Part shown: in pieces, positions 12,501 through 22,144 of the stretch
How the letters are laid out: each line of letters opens with the position of its first letter
Position numbering within the stretch: the first letter of the stretch is position 1
Source of the DNA: Escherichia coli
Lineage (GTDB): Bacteria; Pseudomonadota; Gammaproteobacteria; Enterobacterales; Enterobacteriaceae
DNA: 64,000 nt
Reading direction: 5' to 3' (one strand)
Assembly (NCBI RefSeq): GCF_003991155.1
Contig: NZ_CP031293.1
Notes under the pieces: model-generated
Told to the model about the DNA's origin: nothing
Seen by the model: the letters and a program-made list of their open reading frames with translations, nothing else
Databases searched by the model: none
Program-made: the position numbers and the translations under genes

Positions 12501-13640
12501 ATGAGCGCGGGAAGCCCAAAATTCACCGTTCGCCGCATTGCGGCTTTGTCACTGGTTTCGCTATGGCTGGCAGGCTGTTCTGACACTTCAAATCCACCGG
12601 CCCCGGTCAGCTCCGTTAATGGCAATGCGCCTGCAAATACCAATTCTGGTATGTTGATTACGCCGCCGCCGAAAATGGGGACGACGTCTACAGCTCAGCA
12701 ACCGCAAATTCAGCCGGTACAGCAGCCACAAATTCAGGCCACTCAACAACCGCAAATCCAGCCGGTGCAGCCAGTAGCTCAGCAGCCGGTACAGATGGAA
12801 AACGGACGCATCGTCTATAACCGTCAGTATGGGAACATTCCGAAAGGCAGTTATAGCGGCAGTACCTATACAGTGAAAAAAGGCGACACACTTTTCTATA
12901 TCGCCTGGATTACTGGCAACGATTTCCGTGACCTTGCTCAGCGCAACAATATTCAGGCACCATACGCGCTGAACGTCGGTCAGACCTTACAGGTGGGGAA
13001 TGCTTCCGGTACGCCAATCACTGGCGGAAATGCCATTACCCAGGCCGACGCAGCAGAGCAAGGAGTTGTGATCAAGCCTGCACAAAATTCCACCGTTGCT
13101 GTTGCTTCGCAACCGACAATTACGTATTCTGAGTCTTCGGGTGAACAGAGTGCTAACAAAATGTTGCCGAACAACAAGCCAACTGCGACCACGGTCACAG
13201 CGCCTGTAACGGTACCAACAGCAAGCACAACCGAGCCGACTGTCAGCAGTACATCAACCAGTACGCCTATCTCCACCTGGCGCTGGCCGACTGAGGGCAA
13301 AGTGATCGAAACCTTTGGCGCTTCTGAGGGGGGCAACAAGGGGATTGATATCGCAGGCAGCAAAGGACAGGCAATTATCGCGACTGCAGATGGACGCGTT
13401 GTTTATGCCGGTAACGCGCTGCGCGGCTACGGTAATCTGATTATCATCAAACATAATGATGATTACCTGAGTGCCTACGCCCATAACGACACAATGCTGG
13501 TCCGGGAACAACAAGAAGTGAAGGCGGGGCAAAAAATAGCAACCATGGGTAGCACCGGAACCAGTTCAACACGCTTGCATTTTGAAATTCGTTACAAGGG
13601 GAAATCCGTAAACCCGCTGCGTTATTTGCCGCAGCGATAA
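12501..13640 (+). CDS. nlpD: murein hydrolase activator lipoprotein NlpD (LysM + M23 peptidase-like)
   Basis: 379-aa ORF; lipobox LAGC; Q/P-rich repeat region; C-terminal M23 domain. Confidence 0.93.
   Translation: MSAGSPKFTVRRIAALSLVSLWLAGCSDTSNPPAPVSSVNGNAPANTNSGMLITPPPKMGTTSTAQQPQIQPVQQPQIQATQQPQIQPVQPVAQQPVQMENGRIVYNRQYGNIPKGSYSGSTYTVKKGDTLFYIAWITGNDFRDLAQRNNIQAPYALNVGQTLQVGNASGTPITGGNAITQADAAEQGVVIKPAQNSTVAVASQPTITYSESSGEQSANKMLPNNKPTATTVTAPVTVPTASTTEPTVSSTSTSTPISTWRWPTEGKVIETFGASEGGNKGIDIAGSKGQAIIATADGRVVYAGNALRGYGNLIIIKHNDDYLSAYAHNDTMLVREQQEVKAGQKIATMGSTGTSSTRLHFEIRYKGKSVNPLRYLPQR
12706..12777 (+). repeat. three in-frame tandem 24-bp repeats inside nlpD encoding (QQPQIQPx)3
   Basis: cagcaaccgcaaattcagccggta / cagcagccacaaattcaggccact / caacaaccgcaaatccagccggtg. 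Confidence 0.8.
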
Positions 13641-13702
13641 ATCGGCGGAACCAGGCTTTTGCTTGAATGTTCCGTCAAGGGATCACGGGTAGGAGCCACC
13701 TT

Positions 13703-14695
13703 ATGAGTCAGAATACGCTGAAAGTTCATGATTTAAATGAAGATGCGGAATTTGATGAGAACGGAGTTGAGGTTTTTGACGAAAAGGCCTTAGTAGAAGA
13801 GGAACCCAGTGATAACGATTTGGCCGAAGAGGAACTGTTATCGCAGGGAGCCACACAGCGTGTGCTGGACGCGACTCAGCTTTACCTTGGTGAGATTGGT
13901 TATTCACCACTGTTAACGGCCGAAGAAGAAGTTTATTTTGCGCGTCGCGCACTGCGTGGAGATGTTGCCTCTCGCCGCCGGATGATCGAGAGTAACTTGC
14001 GTCTGGTGGTAAAAATTGCCCGCCGTTATGGCAATCGTGGTCTGGCGTTGCTGGATCTTATCGAAGAGGGCAACCTGGGGCTGATCCGCGCGGTAGAGAA
14101 GTTTGACCCGGAACGTGGTTTCCGCTTCTCAACATACGCAACCTGGTGGATTCGCCAGACGATCGAACGGGCGATTATGAACCAAACCCGTACTATTCGT
14201 TTGCCGATTCACATCGTAAAGGAGCTGAACGTTTACCTGCGAACCGCACGTGAGTTGTCCCATAAGCTGGACCACGAACCAAGTGCGGAAGAGATCGCAG
14301 AGCAACTGGATAAGCCAGTTGATGACGTCAGCCGTATGCTTCGTCTTAACGAGCGCATTACCTCGGTAGACACCCCGCTGGGTGGTGATTCCGAAAAAGC
14401 GTTGCTGGACATCCTGGCCGATGAAAAAGAGAATGGTCCGGAAGATACCACGCAAGATGACGATATGAAGCAGAGCATCGTCAAATGGCTGTTCGAGCTG
14501 AACGCCAAACAGCGTGAAGTACTGGCACGTCGATTCGGTTTGCTGGGGTACGAAGCGGCAACACTGGAAGATGTAGGTCGTGAAATTGGCCTCACCCGTG
14601 AACGTGTTCGCCAGATTCAGGTTGAAGGCCTGCGCCGTTTGCGCGAAATCCTGCAAACGCAGGGGCTGAATATCGAAGCGCTGTTCCGCGAGTAA
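13703..14695 (+). CDS. rpoS: RNA polymerase sigma factor RpoS (sigma-38)
   Basis: 330-aa ORF from [11 protein letters not shown]; ORF-track start at 13667 rejected; codon 33 is GAG (Glu). Confidence 0.95.
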   Translation: MSQNTLKVHDLNEDAEFDENGVEVFDEKALVEEEPSDNDLAEEELLSQGATQRVLDATQLYLGEIGYSPLLTAEEEVYFARRALRGDVASRRRMIESNLRLVVKIARRYGNRGLALLDLIEEGNLGLIRAVEKFDPERGFRFSTYATWWIRQTIERAIMNQTRTIRLPIHIVKELNVYLRTARELSHKLDHEPSAEEIAEQLDKPVDDVSRMLRLNERITSVDTPLGGDSEKALLDILADEKENGPEDTTQDDDMKQSIVKWLFELNAKQREVLARRFGLLGYEAATLEDVGREIGLTRERVRQIQVEGLRRLREILQTQGLNIEALFRE

Positions 14696-14712
14696 GTAAG
14701 CATCTGTCAGAA

Positions 14713-14746
14713 AGGCCAGTCTCTTATGAGGCTGGCCTTTTTCTTT
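14713..14746. terminator. hairpin plus T-tract between convergent rpoS and MarR-family gene
   Basis: aggccagtctc / gaggctggcct stem with one mismatch, followed by tttttctttt. Confidence 0.6.
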
Positions 14747-14815
14747 TGTATGGGGAGTTGGTGTGTTTCGTCGCCTGGATAAGACACGTCAGCGTCCCAT
14801 CCGGCAATCAACATC

Positions 14816-15224
14816 CTATTTGCTCATCATCTTGCGCACCAGCTGCATAAACAGCTCCTGCTCTTCTGCACTCAAACGCCCCAAAAATTCCTCATCCACA
14901 CTGTCACCAATCGGTATCGCCGCAGCAAGTACCTTTTCTCCTTCGGCAGTCAGCCAGACAAAGCGTCGCCGCTTATCAGCAGAGTCATGTTCTCGTCTGA
15001 CTAAGCCACGATTTTCCATTCGTGCCAACATTTCTGCCAGCGTTGCTTTGGTGCTGACGGCTGCTTCTATCAGTGCCACCTGTTCGATACCAGGTTTATC
15101 AGCAATGGCGCGCATCACCGCGTACTGTGGTTTGGTCAGATCAGGTAACTCGTGCTGCCAGCGAGCCGTGTGCTGCTGAAAAAGCTGTCGTAACTGATGG
15201 AACGCTTTATTTCGTAACGCCATG
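14816..15224 (-). CDS. MarR/SlyA-family transcriptional regulator
   Basis: Winged-helix MarR-like sequence; ATG at 15224 has a GGAG Shine-Dalgarno, the longer 15256 start does not; divergent from the decarboxylase operon. Confidence 0.75.
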
Positions 15225-15369
15225 TAAACTCCGGGCAAACTATCTGCCGCTATCATAGCGGTTTTTCAGTGACGCAGGGGATGTTGTTACTTTTCAGTGC
15301 TTGCCGCGATGAGAACAGAGGCGTATTTTAATAATAACGTTCGTGTACGAACAATTAAGAGAATTAACA

Positions 15370-15963
15370 ATGAGACTGATCGTCGGGATGACAGGGGCCA
15401 CCGGAGCGCCTCTTGGTGTGGCATTACTGCAAGCGCTGCGGGAGATGCCGAATGTCGAGACTCATCTGGTGATGTCGAAGTGGGCGAAAACCACCATTGA
15501 ACTGGAAACGCCTTACAACGCCCGCGATGTTGCTGCCCTCGCAGACTTCTGCCATAACCCGGCGGATCAGGCCGCAACCATCTCCTCAGGTTCCTTTCGT
15601 ACCGACGGCATGATCGTTATTCCGTGCAGTATGAAAACGCTCGCCGGTATCCGTGCCGGTTACGCCGATGGCCTGGTGGGGCGCGCGGCGGACGTCGTGC
15701 TCAAAGAAGGCCGCAAACTGGTGCTGGTGCCGCGTGAAATGCCGCTTAGCACAATCCATCTCGAAAATATGCTCGCACTTTCGCGCATGGGCGTGGCGAT
15801 GGTGCCGCCGATGCCTGCCTTTTATAACCATCCCGAAACGGTAGATGACATTGTCCACCACGTGGTAGCCCGCGTGCTGGATCAATTTGGCCTCGAACAT
15901 CCTCACGCCAGGCGCTGGCAAGGATTGCCGCAGGCCCGGAATTTTTCTCAGGAGAATGAATAA
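15370..15963 (+). CDS. UbiX-family flavin prenyltransferase (decarboxylase subunit B-like)
   Basis: 197-aa ORF starting MRLIVGMTGATGA, typical UbiX/Pad1 N-terminus; first of three tightly linked genes. Confidence 0.8.
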   Translation: MRLIVGMTGATGAPLGVALLQALREMPNVETHLVMSKWAKTTIELETPYNARDVAALADFCHNPADQAATISSGSFRTDGMIVIPCSMKTLAGIRAGYADGLVGRAADVVLKEGRKLVLVPREMPLSTIHLENMLALSRMGVAMVPPMPAFYNHPETVDDIVHHVVARVLDQFGLEHPHARRWQGLPQARNFSQENE

Positions 15964-17390
15964 TGGCATTTGATGATTTACGCAGCTTTTTACAGGCGCT
16001 CGACGACCATGGGCAATTGCTGAAAATCAGCGAAGAGGTGAACGCGGAACCGGATCTGGCAGCAGCAGCTAACGCCACCGGGCGTATCGGCGACGGCGCG
16101 CCCGCGCTGTGGTTTGATAATATTCGCGGCTTTACCGATGCCCGCGTGGCAATGAACACCATCGGTTCCTGGCAGAACCACGCGATTTCCCTCGGCCTGC
16201 CGCCAAATACCCCGGTTAAAAAACAGATTGATGAGTTTATCCGCCGCTGGGATAACTTCCCGATTGCCCCGGAGCGCCGCGCCAATCCGGCCTGGGCGCA
16301 GAACACCGTTGATGGCGACGAGATCAACCTGTTCGATATCCTGCCGCTGTTTCGTTTAAACGATGGCGATGGCGGTTTCTATCTCGACAAAGCGTGCGTG
16401 GTTTCCCGCGATCCGCTTGATCCGGATAACTTCGGCAAGCAGAACGTCGGCATCTACCGTATGGAAGTGAAGGGTAAGCGTAAGCTCGGTCTGCAACCGG
16501 TGCCGATGCACGATATCGCCCTGCATCTGCATAAAGCGGAAGAGCGCGGTGAAGATCTGCCGATTGCCATCACCCTGGGTAACGACCCGATCATCACCCT
16601 GATGGGGGCCACGCCGCTGAAATACGATCAGTCCGAGTACGAAATGGCGGGCGCGCTGCGCGAAAGTCCGTACCCGATCGCCACCGCTCCGCTGACCGGT
16701 TTTGATGTGCCGTGGGGCTCGGAGGTGATCCTCGAAGGAGTCATCGAAAGCCGCAAACGCGAGATTGAAGGGCCATTCGGTGAGTTTACCGGCCACTACT
16801 CCGGCGGGCGCAATATGACCGTCGTGCGCATTGATAAAGTCTCTTATCGCAGCAAACCCATTTTTGAATCGCTCTATCTCGGGATGCCGTGGACGGAAAT
16901 CGACTACCTGATGGGGCCAGCCACCTGTGTGCCGCTGTATCAACAACTGAAAGCTGAGTTCCCGGAAGTGCAGGCGGTAAACGCCATGTACACCCACGGC
17001 CTGCTGGCGATTATCTCCACCAAAAAACGCTACGGTGGCTTTGCCCGCGCGGTGGGCCTCCGTGCGATGACCACGCCGCACGGTCTGGGCTACGTGAAGA
17101 TGGTGATTATGGTCGATGAAGACGTTGATCCGTTCAACCTGCCGCAGGTGATGTGGGCGCTCTCTTCGAAAGTGAACCCGGCAGGGGATTTGGTGCAGTT
17201 GCCGAATATGTCCGTGCTGGAACTCGACCCTGGCTCAAGTCCGGCGGGGATCACCGACAAGCTGATTATCGACGCCACCACGCCTGTCGCCCCGGACAAC
17301 CGTGGTCACTACAGTCAGCCGGTGGTGGATTTACCGGAAACCAAAGCCTGGGCTGAAAAACTGACCGCTATGCTGGCCGCACGTCAATAA
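15963..17390 (+). CDS. UbiD-family non-oxidative aromatic acid decarboxylase (subunit C-like)
   Basis: 475-aa ORF; start overlaps upstream stop; UbiD-like length and sequence. Confidence 0.8.
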   Translation: MAFDDLRSFLQALDDHGQLLKISEEVNAEPDLAAAANATGRIGDGAPALWFDNIRGFTDARVAMNTIGSWQNHAISLGLPPNTPVKKQIDEFIRRWDNFPIAPERRANPAWAQNTVDGDEINLFDILPLFRLNDGDGGFYLDKACVVSRDPLDPDNFGKQNVGIYRMEVKGKRKLGLQPVPMHDIALHLHKAEERGEDLPIAITLGNDPIITLMGATPLKYDQSEYEMAGALRESPYPIATAPLTGFDVPWGSEVILEGVIESRKREIEGPFGEFTGHYSGGRNMTVVRIDKVSYRSKPIFESLYLGMPWTEIDYLMGPATCVPLYQQLKAEFPEVQAVNAMYTHGLLAIISTKKRYGGFARAVGLRAMTTPHGLGYVKMVIMVDEDVDPFNLPQVMWALSSKVNPAGDLVQLPNMSVLELDPGSSPAGITDKLIIDATTPVAPDNRGHYSQPVVDLPETKAWAEKLTAMLAARQ

Positions 17391-17400
17391 GGAGAACAAG

Positions 17401-17637
17401 ATGATTTGTCCACGTTGTGCCGATGAACAGATTGAAGTGATGGCGAAATCGCCGGTAAAAGATGTCTGGACGGTATATCAGTGCCAGCATTGCCTTTATA
17501 CCTGGCGCGATACCGAACCGCTGCGCCGCACCAGCCGCGAACATTATCCCGAAGCGTTCCGCATGACGCAGAAAGATATTGATGACGCGCCGATGGTGCC
17601 GAGCATCCCGCCGCTGCTGGCGGAAGGTAAGTGTTAA
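17401..17637 (+). CDS. small decarboxylase subunit D-like protein with CxxC...CxxC motif
   Basis: 78-aa ORF MICPRCADEQ...CQHCLYTW, 10 bp downstream of the UbiD-like gene. Confidence 0.65.
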   Translation: MICPRCADEQIEVMAKSPVKDVWTVYQCQHCLYTWRDTEPLRRTSREHYPEAFRMTQKDIDDAPMVPSIPPLLAEGKC

Positions 17638-17646
17638 TAAAAAAGT

Positions 17647-17674
17647 GCCGGGTAGAGGCTTTGCTTTACCCGGC
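17647..17674. terminator. hairpin between convergent decarboxylase operon and pphB
   Basis: gccgggta...tacccggc 8-bp stem. Confidence 0.4.
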
Positions 17675-17678
17675 CACG

Positions 17679-18335
17679 TTATTTAATTTTATAAAACGAT
17701 AACCGTCTGCTTTCCGGCGAGCCGGTATCAATATAAACCTGATTGGCAAATGTCTGGATATTTATAAACATCATATGTCCAAAGATAAAACAGTCGGCAC
17801 CGTTTATTTCTTTTAACTCTCCCTTGAATGATTTCTGCACGCGATCAACAGGCCAGAGTAATTCGCTTTCTGCTATTTCTTTACCAAACTGATATTCATC
17901 ACCCGGATAATCTGCATGTGCGATGACATATTTTATGTTGTCGTTAGTGATTTCAATAATATGTGGAAGGTGATGGAATTTCAGCAACAGATCTATTGCC
18001 TCTTGTTGCTCTGAATCATTTAAATTGAAAAACCAGTCACCACCGCTGGCAAGCCACATATTTCCATCGCCAGTTTCGAATGCCTCAAGCGCCATCGCTT
18101 CGTGGTTGCCTTTAGCCGATGTAAACCAGGGCTGGTTTAGCAGGCGCAGCACGTTAAGACTCTCCGGCCCACGATCAATATTATCGCCGACAGAAATAAG
18201 TAAGTCGGTTTCAGGGCAAAAAGAGAGTTGATGTAAGCGGGATTGTAATAATTGATAGTCACCATGAATATCACCAACGGCCCATATATGGCGATAGTGA
18301 TGGGCATTGATTTTTTGATAGCGTGTAGATGGCAT
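17679..18335 (-). CDS. pphB: serine/threonine protein phosphatase 2
   Basis: 218-aa ORF with metallophosphatase motifs GDIHGD, GDNIDRG, GNHE. Confidence 0.9.
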   Translation of the reverse strand: MPSTRYQKINAHHYRHIWAVGDIHGDYQLLQSRLHQLSFCPETDLLISVGDNIDRGPESLNVLRLLNQPWFTSAKGNHEAMALEAFETGDGNMWLASGGDWFFNLNDSEQQEAIDLLLKFHHLPHIIEITNDNIKYVIAHADYPGDEYQFGKEIAESELLWPVDRVQKSFKGELKEINGADCFIFGHMMFINIQTFANQVYIDTGSPESRRLSFYKIK

Positions 18336-18440
18336 GGTTTTACCCTGTAAAATAAGATTTCCTATTATACAGGGTATTTTTATTTGATTCGTCAGTTGTC
18401 GTTAATATTCCCGATAGCAAAAGACTATCGGGAATTGTTA

Positions 18441-21002
18441 TTACACCAGACTCTTCAAGCGATAAATCCACTCCAGCGCCTGACGCGGAGTCAGTGAATC
18501 CGGGTCGAGGTTTTCCAGTGCCTCGACCGCAGGCGAAGTTTCTTCCGGTAGGGACAGCAAAGACATTTGTGTACCATCCACTTGCGTAGCAGCGGCGTTC
18601 GGCGAAATGCTTTCCAGCTCACGCAGTTTTTGCCGTGCGCGCTTAATAACCTCTTTTGGCACGCCCGCCAGAGCAGCAACCGCCAGGCCGTAGCTTTTGC
18701 TCGCCGCGCCATCCTGCACGCTGTGCATAAAGGCAATGGTGTCGCCGTGCTCCAGCGCATCGAGATGCACGTTGGCGACGCCTTCCATTTTCTCCGGCAG
18801 TTGGGTCAGCTCGAAATAGTGGGTAGCAAACAGCGTCAACGCTTTGATCTTATTTGCCAGATTTTCCGCGCATGCCCACGCCAGCGACAGACCATCGTAA
18901 GTGGAAGTTCCGCGCCCAATCTCATCCATCAGCACCAGACTGTACTCGGTGGCGTTATGTAAAATATTGGCGGTTTCGGTCATCTCCACCATAAAGGTTG
19001 AACGCCCGGATGCCAGATCGTCTGCCGCGCCTACGCGGGTAAAGATACGGTCGATCGGGCCAATCTCGACTTTTTGCGCCGGTACGTAGCTGCCGATATA
19101 CGCCATCAGCGCAATCAACGCGGTCTGGCGCATATAGGTACTTTTACCGCCCATGTTCGGACCGGTAATGATCAACATGCGGCGCTGCGGCGACAGGTTC
19201 AGCGGGTTAGCGATAAACGGCTCATTCAGTACTTGTTCAACTACCGGATGGCGACCTTCGGTAATGCGAATACCCGGTTTATCAATAAAGGTCGGGCAGG
19301 TGTAGTTCAGGGTATAGGCCCGTTCCGCCAGGTTCACCAGCACGTCGAGTTCCGCCAGCGCGCTCGCGCTCTGTTGCAACGCTTCCAGATGCGGCAACAG
19401 CAGGTCGAACAGCTCTTCATAAAGTTGTTTTTCCAGAGCCAGTGCTTTGCCTTTTGAGGTGAGAACTTTATCTTCGTACTCTTTCAGCTCCGGAATAATG
19501 TAACGCTCGGCGTTTTTCAGCGTCTGGCGGCGCATGTAGTTAATCGGTGCCAGATGGCTTTGCCCACGGCTGATCTGAATGTAGTAGCCGTGCACTGCAT
19601 TAAAGCCAACTTTCAGCGTGTCCAGGCCGGTACGTTCACGCTCGCGGACCTCCAGACGCTCCAGATAATCGGTCGCACCGTCAGCCAGCGCGCGCCACTC
19701 ATCCAGCTCTTCGTTATAGCCCGATGCGATAACACCACCGTCGCGTACCAGCACCGGTGGTGTGTCGATGATTGCTCGCTCCAGCAGATCGCGCAGCTCG
19801 GCAAACTCGCCCATCTTCTCACGCAGCGCTTGTACCGGTGCACTATCGACATTTTCTAACTGCGCACGCAACTCCGGCAGTTGCTGGAAAGCGTGGCGCA
19901 TACGGGCCAGATCGCGCGGGCGAGCAGTACGTAACGCCAGACGCGCCAGAATACGTTCCAGGTCGCCCACCTGACGCAGCACAGGCTGTATCTCGGCGGT
20001 GAAATCCTGCAATGCGCCAATAGTTTGCTGGCGCTCAAGCAACACGCGGGTATCGCGCACTGGCATATGCAGCCAGCGTTTCAGCATACGACTACCCATC
20101 GGCGTTACAGTGCAGTCGAGCACTGAAGCCAGCGTGTTTTCCGCACCGCCCGCCAGGTTCTGAGTAATTTCCAGGTTACGACGCGTCGCGGCATCCATAA
20201 TGATGCTGTCCTGCTCACGTTCCATGGTGATAGAACGAATATGCGGCAGGGTCGTGCGTTGGGTATCTTTCGCATACTGCAACAGACAACCGGCAGCACA
20301 AAGTCCGCGCGGCGCGTTCTCGACGCCAAAACCGACCAGATCGCGGGTGCCAAATTGCAGATTCAACTGCTGGCGCGCAGTGTCGATTTCAAACTCCCAC
20401 AGCGGACGACGACGCAGGCCGCGACGACCTTCAATCAGCGACATCTCGGCGAAATCTTCTGCATACAACAGCTCTGCCGGGTTGGTACGTTGCAGCTCTG
20501 CAGCCATCGTTTCGCGGTCCGCCGGTTCGCTAAGGCGAAAACGCCCGGAGCTGATATCCAACGTCGCGTAGCCGAACCCTTTGCTGTCCTGCCAGATAGC
20601 TGCCAGCAGGTTATCCTGACGCTCCTGCAACAGCGCTTCATCGCTGATGGTGCCCGGCGTAACGATACGGACAACTTTGCGCTCGACCGGCCCTTTGCTG
20701 GTCGCCGGATCGCCAATTTGTTCGCAGATGGCAACGGACTCGCCCTGATTCACCAGTTTGGCGAGATAGTTTTCCACCGCATGGTAGGGGATCCCCGCCA
20801 TCGGGATCGGCTCTCCCGCGGAAGCACCGCGTTTGGTCAGTGAAATATCCAGCAGCTGCGAGGCGCGTTTCGCGTCGTCATAAAACAGTTCGTAAAAGTC
20901 ACCCATCCGATAGAACAGCAGGATCTCGGGATGCTGGGCTTTCAGCTTGAGATACTGCTGCATCATTGGCGTATGGGCATCAAAATTTTCTATTGCACTC
21001 AT
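18441..21002 (-). CDS. mutS: DNA mismatch repair protein MutS
   Basis: 853-aa ORF; Walker [10 protein letters not shown]; recognised MutS sequence. Confidence 0.97.
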   Translation of the reverse strand: MSAIENFDAHTPMMQQYLKLKAQHPEILLFYRMGDFYELFYDDAKRASQLLDISLTKRGASAGEPIPMAGIPYHAVENYLAKLVNQGESVAICEQIGDPATSKGPVERKVVRIVTPGTISDEALLQERQDNLLAAIWQDSKGFGYATLDISSGRFRLSEPADRETMAAELQRTNPAELLYAEDFAEMSLIEGRRGLRRRPLWEFEIDTARQQLNLQFGTRDLVGFGVENAPRGLCAAGCLLQYAKDTQRTTLPHIRSITMEREQDSIIMDAATRRNLEITQNLAGGAENTLASVLDCTVTPMGSRMLKRWLHMPVRDTRVLLERQQTIGALQDFTAEIQPVLRQVGDLERILARLALRTARPRDLARMRHAFQQLPELRAQLENVDSAPVQALREKMGEFAELRDLLERAIIDTPPVLVRDGGVIASGYNEELDEWRALADGATDYLERLEVRERERTGLDTLKVGFNAVHGYYIQISRGQSHLAPINYMRRQTLKNAERYIIPELKEYEDKVLTSKGKALALEKQLYEELFDLLLPHLEALQQSASALAELDVLVNLAERAYTLNYTCPTFIDKPGIRITEGRHPVVEQVLNEPFIANPLNLSPQRRMLIITGPNMGGKSTYMRQTALIALMAYIGSYVPAQKVEIGPIDRIFTRVGAADDLASGRSTFMVEMTETANILHNATEYSLVLMDEIGRGTSTYDGLSLAWACAENLANKIKALTLFATHYFELTQLPEKMEGVANVHLDALEHGDTIAFMHSVQDGAASKSYGLAVAALAGVPKEVIKRARQKLRELESISPNAAATQVDGTQMSLLSLPEETSPAVEALENLDPDSLTPRQALEWIYRLKSLV

Positions 21003-21248
21003 GGAGTTATGTCCGGTTCCCTGATATTAAATGGGGTGTGATGGTTTTTATTTTCGTTGTAATCACATAAGGCGCACATGATACCGGAGTTAATCATTTC
21101 AGGGGAAGAAGCGAACGGCGAGTTCTTGATGGTGATTCCGGGAAAGATGCTGTTTTGCAGCTTTTGCGTGATGCTTATGAAGCAAGTACGCAAAATTGCG
21201 TCGGTTGAATAAACCTCCTCCTTCAGAGCCATAGTCCCCTTTCAAATT

Positions 21249-21271
21249 AAGTTGTAATATAAATACACCTT
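21249..21271 (+). promoter_or_regulatory. imperfect inverted repeat upstream of ygbA, candidate NsrR-type operator
   Basis: aagttgtaata-t-aaatacacctt, 18 bp upstream of ygbA start. Confidence 0.35.
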
Positions 21272-21288
21272 AAGAGTATGGAGGCAGC

Positions 21289-21633
21289 ATGTCCGGCAAG
21301 CGTATCTCTCGTGAAAAACTGACGATTAAAAAAATGATCGATCTTTATCAAGCGAAATGCCCGCAGGCGTCAGCGGAGCCGGAGCATTACGACGCGCTGT
21401 TTGCCTACGCGCAAAAGCGGCTGGATAAATGTGTGTTCGGCGAAGAGAAACCAGCCTGTAAGCAGTGTCCGGTGCACTGTTACCAGCCAGCAAAGCGTGA
21501 AGAGATGAAACAGATTATGCGTTGGGCCGGGCCGCGAATGCTGTGGCGTCATCCGATCTTAACCGTGCGTCATCTCATCGATGACAAGCGTCCGGTGCCG
21601 GAGTTGCCAGAAAAATATCGTCCAAAGAAATAA
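21289..21633 (+). CDS. ygbA: YgbA (nitrous-oxide-stimulated promoter family protein)
   Basis: 114-aa ORF with Cys-rich motifs; divergent from mutS. Confidence 0.85.
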   Translation: MSGKRISREKLTIKKMIDLYQAKCPQASAEPEHYDALFAYAQKRLDKCVFGEEKPACKQCPVHCYQPAKREEMKQIMRWAGPRMLWRHPILTVRHLIDDKRPVPELPEKYRPKK

Positions 21634-21637
21634 ATCT

Positions 21638-21660
21638 GCCGGAGAGCCATACTCTCCGGC
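21638..21660. terminator. hairpin between convergent ygbA and molbindin gene
   Basis: gccggagag-ccata-ctctccggc perfect 9-bp stem. Confidence 0.5.
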
Positions 21661-21671
21661 AAATAAGGCGT

Positions 21672-22100
21672 TTACGCTTTGGTGGCAATCAGGATGGCTG
21701 ATGCTTTGATCAATGCAATAACGCGCGAGCCAGTGGTGAGTTTCATTTCATCCTGACTTTCATTTGTTACCACTGCCACAATTTCAAAACCCGCATCCGT
21801 TTTGATATGGACAGTGGCGTTCACTGCGCCTTCGGTGATTGTCGACACGCTGCCAGCAAACTGGTTGCGAGCAGAGAATTTCAGTCCACAGTCTTCCGTT
21901 GCCAGTGTTACCCACGGGGCTTTAATCAGGGCAATCGCTTCTTTCCCTTTTGCCAGACCAAGAGCCTGCTGGCTGCTGTGTGTAACAATTGCCACCAGCT
22001 TTGCACCACCTGCCAGCGTCAGTTCTACTTCATCATTCACAGCGCCCATTGCTACTGCGCTAACTGTTCCGGTTAATTGATTTCTTGCTGAAACTGCCAT
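21672..22100 (-). CDS. tandem TOBE (Mop) domain molybdate-binding protein (molbindin)
   Basis: 142-aa product from MAVSARNQLTG; two SARNQ-containing repeats; AGGAGG Shine-Dalgarno before ATG at 22100. Confidence 0.75.
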   Translation of the reverse strand: MAVSARNQLTGTVSAVAMGAVNDEVELTLAGGAKLVAIVTHSSQQALGLAKGKEAIALIKAPWVTLATEDCGLKFSARNQFAGSVSTITEGAVNATVHIKTDAGFEIVAVVTNESQDEMKLTTGSRVIALIKASAILIATKA

Positions 22101-22144
22101 ACTGCCTCCTTTCATTGAATGTTGATCGAGTATAACCACATCTG

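Noticed and set aside
14763-15179. 138-aa plus-strand ORF
   Set aside because: Antisense to the MarR-family gene; the MarR frame has the recognisable winged-helix sequence and a Shine-Dalgarno
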